Shown here piece by piece: positions 57,984-64,000 of a stretch of 64,000 nucleotides of DNA (position 1 is its first letter; every line of letters begins with the position of its first letter). Under the pieces are notes generated by a model. It searched no databases and had not been told where the DNA came from. It saw only the letters and a program-made list of their open reading frames with translations. The DNA is from Bdellovibrionales bacterium (GTDB taxonomy: Bacteria > Bdellovibrionota > Bdellovibrionia > Bdellovibrionales > JAUICD01): NCBI GenBank assembly GCA_965262715.1, contig OZ253553.1, forward strand, positions 2,528,001 to 2,592,000. The letters are read 5' to 3'. The position numbers and the translations under genes are program-made.

Positions 57984-59273
57984 TCAATTCAATATTCTCT
58001 CAATACGCTCTTTTATACTTCTTAAAAATTCCTGACTGGAAAATATAATATCTAAGTCTTTTTTTGAAAGCAGATCTTTGCTTTCAGAGGTTTTTAGAAA
58101 CACTTCTTTAAGAGTTTGATCCTTTTTAAGTCCATGGCTAAGTTTTTGTATAAGATGATACGCTTTTTGACGAGATAAACCTTTTTTTAAGAGAGCTACA
58201 AGCAAATGAGAGCTAAAAAGCTGTCCTTTTGATAAACTCATATTTTCTTTCATGCGCTCTTCATGGACAACAAAATGTTCTATAATATCAGCCATGCGGT
58301 CAATAGCATAATCTAAGAGAATAAATCCATCAGGGAAAATCACTCTTTCTACACAGGAATGACTAATATCTCTTTCATGCCAGACGGCTATATTTTCTAA
58401 CCCACTAACTACATGAGACCTTAAAATACGAGCTACTCCAGTTAAATTTTCCAACCCAATAGGGTTCTTTTTATGAGGCATCATACTACTACCCTGCTGC
58501 CCAGGAGAAAACCCTTCATAAACTTCCCCTACTTCAGTTCTTTGCAGGTGTCGCAATTCAACAGCAAGCCTTTCTATCCCCGCTCCATATTGAGCAAGAG
58601 CTAAAATCACCCCCGCATGACGATCCCTTGGAATAATTTGTGTGGCAATTGTTTCTGGTTGAAGATTTAAGTATTGAGCTACTTTCATTTCCACATCTTC
58701 AGATAGGGTAGAATAAGTCCCTACAGCTCCTGAGAGCTTACAAATACAACACTGCTGAATAGCTTGTTTGATACGGTTTTTATGCCTTCTAAGTTCACAA
58801 AGATGTCCAGCTAACTTTAAGCCAAATGTTGTGGGCTGTGCATGCATACCATGAGTTCTGCCTGCGCAAATGGTTGTTGCATAATTTAAAGATTGTTTTT
58901 TTAAGATAGACTCTAACTTTAAAATCCCTTTTTCTAATACTCCATAAGCTTCTCTAATTTGCAAACTCAAAGCTGTATCTAAAACATCAGAACTTGTTAG
59001 CCCATAGTGTAAATAGCTTCCATTTTCTCCAATATTTTCAGCAACTGCATTGATAAAAGCTGTTACATCATGTTTTGTTATTTTTTCAATCTCTCTGATA
59101 CGGTCAACAGAAAATTTTGATTTGTTTTGAATGTCTTCTGCAGCCTTCAAGGGTATAACCTGCATTTCCCCCTGGATTTTTGCCACGGCTTTTTCAACTT
59201 CTAAAAGAAAGGCAAACCGCTTCTGATCAGTCCAGACATGACCCATCTCTTCTCTTGTGTATCGTAAAATCAT
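57984..59273 (-). CDS. purB: Adenylosuccinate lyase
   Basis: TKHDV, HYGLTSSD, GRTHGMHAQPTTFG, GSSMMPHKKNP, HERDISHS. Confidence 0.97.
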   Translation of the reverse strand: MILRYTREEMGHVWTDQKRFAFLLEVEKAVAKIQGEMQVIPLKAAEDIQNKSKFSVDRIREIEKITKHDVTAFINAVAENIGENGSYLHYGLTSSDVLDTALSLQIREAYGVLEKGILKLESILKKQSLNYATTICAGRTHGMHAQPTTFGLKLAGHLCELRRHKNRIKQAIQQCCICKLSGAVGTYSTLSEDVEMKVAQYLNLQPETIATQIIPRDRHAGVILALAQYGAGIERLAVELRHLQRTEVGEVYEGFSPGQQGSSMMPHKKNPIGLENLTGVARILRSHVVSGLENIAVWHERDISHSCVERVIFPDGFILLDYAIDRMADIIEHFVVHEERMKENMSLSKGQLFSSHLLVALLKKGLSRQKAYHLIQKLSHGLKKDQTLKEVFLKTSESKDLLSKKDLDIIFSSQEFLRSIKERIERILN

Positions 59274-59307
59274 TAATATTCCTTATTCTTAAAAAACAGT
59301 CTTTTAT

Positions 59308-60546
59308 TTACTGTAACCACTTTATAAGCTGTTGTAGTACATTTTTATTAGAATAAAACTGCCCATCCCACCCCAATGATGTCCAAATCTCTGGCCCTTC
59401 AAATATCACATTCTTTAATGAAGCTGTTTTCAAACGCTGTCTCTCTTTAAAGTCATAAACAGTAAAAATACTAGGACCTATCTGGTAAGGACTTTCAGTC
59501 AATTCCTTTGGCCAATCTTGAATATCTACGTTGCATGAGGGGATTCTATCTTGCAAGCTGTTTTTAATACATTGCCCATAATTTTTAATATAATCTTTCT
59601 CAAATCTTTGCGTATAAGGAAGCCTAACCCAAGTATCTATCATGTTTTTATCAGCAGTTTTCTGCACAATGATCACATTATCATGTGTCCATGGTAAATA
59701 AATATCTTCTAATATCACAAAATGATCTGGTAGACATTCTAATATATCAGATTTTTCAAAAGACATTCGGTATCTGGTCCAATACCATTTTGGAATCATT
59801 ATACTTTTTGGAAACAATATATCAGCACTATCTCCAAAACAAAAATGAGTCTCATAAGAAGATAACATCCAAACAACATGCCTAGCTTTGATCTGTTTGT
59901 CCTTCTGGTATTGTATGCTCTCTAATAGAGGTTTCTTTACATGGAAAGTAACATGTTTTTTTGAAGGCGATGGATATATAAGGCTTGATAAATTTTGTTG
60001 ATCTTTTCTCTTATAAAACTTTCTATGATAAAAGGAGCTCATTAAAGGAAGTGGCCTGCCAAAAGCAATACCTTTAGCGTTTTCCATCAGAATAGATGAA
60101 CTGATTTGATGGGCAAAGTGCGCAAGCCATGATTCTTTAAAAGAAAGATGCTCAATACGAGGTAAAAAATCTAGTATTTCTGATGAAGAATGATGATCAC
60201 GTAAGTATTCAATAATAATATTGGATATCTCAGTTTTTTGTAACTGAAGATTTCCAAGAGGCCCTTTAAACTCCAAAGGACCTGTTTTCAGCCAAATCAC
60301 ATAACCTCTATCACTTAGAGTCAAAGGGCCTTCATTTGCAAGCCTATTGATTTGAGAGGGTGTATGCTTCTTAGACCCAAAGACACCAAAAGGACCTTCC
60401 ATATCTTCTATAGACCATGTACCCATTAAAGAAGTTAAATCTAAGACAGATACATCATAGCCTCTTTTTTGACATTCAAAAGCAAGCCAGTGACCACGTC
60501 CATATAGATCAACAATAAGTATCTCTTTTTGAAGCGTTTGATTCAT
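59308..60546 (-). CDS. Hypothetical protein (possible degenerate FAD-binding oxidoreductase fold)
   Basis: Long ORF; N-terminal ILIVDLYGRGHWLA..GYDVSVLD resembles a dinucleotide-binding unit; start uncertain (60546 or 60624). Confidence 0.65.
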   Translation of the reverse strand: MNQTLQKEILIVDLYGRGHWLAFECQKRGYDVSVLDLTSLMGTWSIEDMEGPFGVFGSKKHTPSQINRLANEGPLTLSDRGYVIWLKTGPLEFKGPLGNLQLQKTEISNIIIEYLRDHHSSSEILDFLPRIEHLSFKESWLAHFAHQISSSILMENAKGIAFGRPLPLMSSFYHRKFYKRKDQQNLSSLIYPSPSKKHVTFHVKKPLLESIQYQKDKQIKARHVVWMLSSYETHFCFGDSADILFPKSIMIPKWYWTRYRMSFEKSDILECLPDHFVILEDIYLPWTHDNVIIVQKTADKNMIDTWVRLPYTQRFEKDYIKNYGQCIKNSLQDRIPSCNVDIQDWPKELTESPYQIGPSIFTVYDFKERQRLKTASLKNVIFEGPEIWTSLGWDGQFYSNKNVLQQLIKWLQ

Positions 60547-60704
60547 AGTCACACTATCATAAATGTCATTATTATGACTTGCAACTATGAATACACGATT
60601 TAGGATTATTTGAAGATTTTGCATTTAAAAGTTGTATTCGCGCAATCAGCAAATAGACTCATATAAGAAAAAAATGATAAATAAGAAAGTCAGGTGATAT
60701 TTGA

Positions 60705-61412
60705 AAAATATCTTTACTTATTAATGAAAACTTATTTTCTCATGTAGACATATCAAGTTCTTTTCATGCCTTTTCTCTTGTACATGAAGCTGCCCATGCA
60801 AACTTTTATTACTCCAATCCTTCAAGAACAGGCTCAAAAGATAAAACTCATCAAAAATGTGGACGCGACAGTATGTGCTGTACAACTTCGGATGGTTGTT
60901 TGTCTGCTATTAATGAAGGTCAAGCGGATTTTCATGGATTGATGTTATTTCCTGATTCTCCAGTGGATGTTCCGAGATTTCCCATTAAAGACTTTATCAA
61001 CAGACAAAATCTAAAGGAAAGAGGCGCAGACATTCAAAGTCCATTTTTTGATGATTCAGGAAATTGTTATATATTAAGAGATCCTAGATCTAATAGAAAC
61101 CTTATACCAGAAGATAATTTTAATTGTGGTCAATGGCGTAACCAAAACAACAAAGGTGAAGTTCATGATATGGGAGCTTCATATGCAAGCATTTGGTGGG
61201 AGATATACAACCACGAGGATACTTCTAAAAAAGACATTGCAACTCTTTTTACAGAACATCTTCCTCTCGTATCGAATGATGATACATTTAGAACAGTCGC
61301 AGTTAAGATCATCAACAAAGCCTATAATCTATTTACTGGCGCAAAAAGAAATCACTATACTTGTATTATCTCTCAAGAGTTTGCAAGAAGAGGACTTCAC
61401 CCTTCACTTTAA
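60705..61412 (+). pseudogene. 5'-truncated gluzincin (M36/M4-like) metalloprotease
   Basis: Frame is open from 60705 with VHEAAH upstream of the first ATG (60873), then AINEGQAD and GEVHD; no start codon or signal peptide before HExxH. Confidence 0.7.
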
Positions 61413-61423
61413 ATAGCATATTA

Positions 61424-61506
61424 AAGAGCCATCTCAAAATATAGTTTTGCATTTTGCAATTCGACTTCTTAAATATTATAAAACTTTATTTTTGAGATAG
61501 CTTCTA
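61424..61506. mobile_element. Minimal MITE, AGCCATCTCAAAA TIR family
   Basis: AGCCATCTCAAAA / TTTTGAGATAGCT; similar ends at about 38444, 21800-21820, 44515 and 44618. Confidence 0.72.
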
Positions 61507-61508
61507 TT

Positions 61509-61784
61509 TCAACCAATTAAAATAAGCTCATCGTCATCATTTTTTGCATAACCAAATTTTACTGTTTTACATGTTTTACTTAGAACAAAAATAATGATGC
61601 TGTCATTTTGCGTAAAACGGTCAGCAAAATGACCCTTTATTTCAGAGATGATATTGGTTAACACTCTTTCACTATTTCTGATTTTAAAGACAGAATATTG
61701 CAATCTATAGCCAAACTTACATAGAAATTTAGAAAACTTTGTTCTTACCTTATCATCACTAATATCATAAGACACTATTAACAT
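61509..61784 (-). CDS. cas2: CRISPR-associated endonuclease Cas2
   Basis: MLIVSYDISDDKVR, GYRLQYSVF. Confidence 0.95.
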   Translation of the reverse strand: MLIVSYDISDDKVRTKFSKFLCKFGYRLQYSVFKIRNSERVLTNIISEIKGHFADRFTQNDSIIIFVLSKTCKTVKFGYAKNDDDELILIG

Positions 61785-61827
61785 TTAATGACTCCATTCA
61801 CTGTCATAGCAAATAATTGGATATCTA

Positions 61828-62796
61828 TTATTTTGATAAAAGAAAAATGGGGTATTCTTCAATAGGTTTTTCACGTATAAAACACCTGTAATATTGTTGC
61901 ACATACAGAAATATAGAGTCTTTGTGATCTAATATTTCCTTCAGCAGCCACTCTACATAAGGTTTGCTCTTTTTCCCAAAAAGGCGATATTGCTTATTGA
62001 CCATTAAAAAGTCTTTCTTCTTAATTTGCTCAAGGTTGTGTGCTTTTTTGATGCGGCCATCAATAATGGGGCGGAAAGGCTCCATCACATCACAGACCAG
62101 TGATTTTCTTTGATAGAAACATTTATGATAGACACCTTTGTAAATATCAAAACCATAAAGATCAAGCAGACTTCCAATAAAGTTAAATAGAATTGTATAG
62201 CCTGTATCTTGCAGTGAATTAATAGGATCATGTTTGACTCTAGGTCTTCGGATCATCCAATTGCAGTCTTTAAAAAGTATCTTAAAGTATTCTCTTGCAG
62301 CAATTCCTTCAAAACCTAATATATGGGATAATTCTATTTCATTTTGTGTTAAACTAGACTTGAAGTCTTCCAATCTTTCAATTGTATTTTTGACATCACT
62401 GTCTTTCTTACGAATTTTTTTGAGAAGAAGGCTTTGATTTTCTATTTTATTTTTCACCAAGTGACAAGCGATAGCAAGGGATGTGTAGTTATATTGTTTT
62501 TCTCTTAGAAGAAAATTCCCTTCAGTTTTTGCTCTCCAGACTCCATAGGGACGCAGACTATATGTCATAAAAACAATTGTAAATCCAAATCTTTCAGATC
62601 TTTGAAGTAATCCAGATGTTATCGTGATATTCCCTACAATATAAAGAACAAATAATCGATAGCACGTTGATTGATGTATGGTTTCATCATCACTGTTTTT
62701 GATAACGAGGTTATCATTTTTAAAGCTTAGCTTTTCTCCTTTACTTGTAAAGACAAAAATAATTTGTTTTTCTTTAAAATCAGGAAGACTCAACAT
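61828..62796 (-). CDS. cas1: CRISPR-associated integrase Cas1, type V-A (PREFRAN)-like
   Basis: MLSLPDFKEKQI, LSFKNDNLVI, HQSTCYRLF, LGFEGIAA, YKGVYH..FYQRKSLVCDVMEPFRPIID. Confidence 0.93.
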   Translation of the reverse strand: MLSLPDFKEKQIIFVFTSKGEKLSFKNDNLVIKNSDDETIHQSTCYRLFVLYIVGNITITSGLLQRSERFGFTIVFMTYSLRPYGVWRAKTEGNFLLREKQYNYTSLAIACHLVKNKIENQSLLLKKIRKKDSDVKNTIERLEDFKSSLTQNEIELSHILGFEGIAAREYFKILFKDCNWMIRRPRVKHDPINSLQDTGYTILFNFIGSLLDLYGFDIYKGVYHKCFYQRKSLVCDVMEPFRPIIDGRIKKAHNLEQIKKKDFLMVNKQYRLFGKKSKPYVEWLLKEILDHKDSIFLYVQQYYRCFIREKPIEEYPIFLLSK

Positions 62797-62799
62797 AAC

Positions 62800-63363
62800 T
62801 TAAGCGGCCCTTTTATCACAGAGGTTGGAATAAATGCACCGATTGCATTTTTTTGGATTTGCCTTAAACGGAGCATTTAAATCAAAAGCATTGATCTCAT
62901 TAATTAACTTTTCAAACTTTTCTTGCATCGATTGGTTATCTTTTGGCAGAGGTATAGGGTAGCTTTTATTTGTATCCATGCTGTACAAACGCAACTTTTT
63001 AACTTTATAGCCCATTTCTTTCAGGCAGTGATATTGCGCATAAAGCTGGAAAATATAGCCATCATAAATAGTTTTGATCATTTTTTTACGTTCTGTCAGA
63101 AGTCCTTCAGCTTCATCAAAAATATCAATTTTGCCGTTAAGTTTATAGTGATCGGAATAGACAGAGATACCTTGAAGAACTGTTTTTTTGGTGCTGTATT
63201 TTTTATGATCAATGCTTTTGTGAGCTATTTGACCCTCAATTTGTGGTTTTTCTTGATACATCCTTTGCTCAAGATGGCTATAAAGCCCATGAAAGAAGAT
63301 AGACCTTGGACAAAAGATAAAGTCATTCAGGAAAGAGATGAGTATATAATTCTCCATTTTCAT
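62800..63363 (-). CDS. cas4: CRISPR-associated Cas4, type V-A (PREFRAN)-like
   Basis: ISFLNDFIFCPRSI, GKIDIFD, ERK, YDGYIFQLYAQ, KCNRCIYSNLC (Fe-S cysteines). Confidence 0.93.
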   Translation of the reverse strand: MKMENYILISFLNDFIFCPRSIFFHGLYSHLEQRMYQEKPQIEGQIAHKSIDHKKYSTKKTVLQGISVYSDHYKLNGKIDIFDEAEGLLTERKKMIKTIYDGYIFQLYAQYHCLKEMGYKVKKLRLYSMDTNKSYPIPLPKDNQSMQEKFEKLINEINAFDLNAPFKANPKKCNRCIYSNLCDKRAA

Positions 63364-63998
63364 TCACTCTGATTTTCATGTTTAAAAAAAATTTTCTTTG
63401 CAATTCTTCCTGAAGAACGACAGGATAAACCATCAACACTTGCTCCAATAACTCCACCAACAAAAGGAATTCCTTTACCTAGATTGATAATACCCTTCTC
63501 TCCAAACTTTGTGACCAACCTAAAACCTACAAGCCGGTTTATTTCTATTAAAGTTTTTCCACTGATTGAAGTAATAACTTTATGAGTGAGTTTTTCACCT
63601 ATTTTTACTCCCATTTTTTTAAAAATATCCATACATGCATCGCCAATTAAACAAGCATATGTTAGAGTCTTCACTTGCTCCTCAGAAGGATTATATCCTG
63701 ATATTTTTGCAATGATTGCAACCATACGCATTTGAATATAAAAAGATGCTGCTAATCCACAAGGAACGGCTACAGGTAAAGTGATTATTCCTCCTAAAGA
63801 AGATAAAAATCCAGAAGATGCATTTTTTGCTATAGCCCATTGAATGACAGATTCAATAGCTTTTTCTTTATTATTATTGTGATTGCTTAAATATTTTTCT
63901 GCTTCATCTTTTACAGGTGATGCGCCAGGCAATCCTTCTAAAGCATTATCATATATAGAATCCAAAATTTTAATGATGTTCTTTTTATTAATTTTCAT
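63360..63998 (-). CDS. EcsC-family protein (may extend beyond the window edge)
   Basis: SGFLSSLGGIITLPVAVP, QMRMVAIIA..GY, INRLVGFRLVTKFGEKGIINLGKGIPFVGGVIGA; ATGA overlap with cas4. Confidence 0.85.
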   Translation of the reverse strand: MKINKKNIIKILDSIYDNALEGLPGASPVKDEAEKYLSNHNNNKEKAIESVIQWAIAKNASSGFLSSLGGIITLPVAVPCGLAASFYIQMRMVAIIAKISGYNPSEEQVKTLTYACLIGDACMDIFKKMGVKIGEKLTHKVITSISGKTLIEINRLVGFRLVTKFGEKGIINLGKGIPFVGGVIGASVDGLSCRSSGRIAKKIFFKHENQSE

Positions 63999-64000
63999 CT

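Noticed and set aside
62923..63372. 149-aa plus-strand ORF
   Set aside because: Antisense to the well-supported cas4 gene

Overview
AT-rich chromosomal window, most likely from a Bdellovibrionota-like bacterium. This is an inference from a RomR-type regulator, the pilB-pilT-pilC-pilS-pilR cluster, a Gld-type ABC cluster with a DUF4340 gene, RCC1-repeat lipoproteins and an RTPAS motif. Contents in order: two tandem paralogous giant lipoproteins (about 97-aa repeats plus an RCC1-like end) separated by an IS256-family element into which an IS1634-family element inserted with a 117-bp duplication; romR, orphan parA, rmuC, tRNA-Val(GAC); type IV pilus genes with a degenerate PilT; thrS-infC; a four-helix-bundle gene inside a small element with terminal inverted repeats (TIR) and a target-site duplication (TSD); lepB; a SpoIID-domain lipoprotein with a Pro-rich VNTR; TPR, LolB-like, vWA and beta-barrel genes; a pantothenate/CoA operon; a Fic locus with 72-bp and 41-bp repeat arrays; GHMP kinase, gld ABC genes and purB; a truncated metalloprotease; and type V-A-like cas4-cas1-cas2 with an EcsC-family gene coupled to cas4 and no CRISPR array in the window. 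The intergenic DNA holds several interlinked repeat families, most notably a 7-copy multi-stem element with compensatory base changes, and a candidate sigma54-dependent sRNA. All calls come from reading the sequence; no searches were run.
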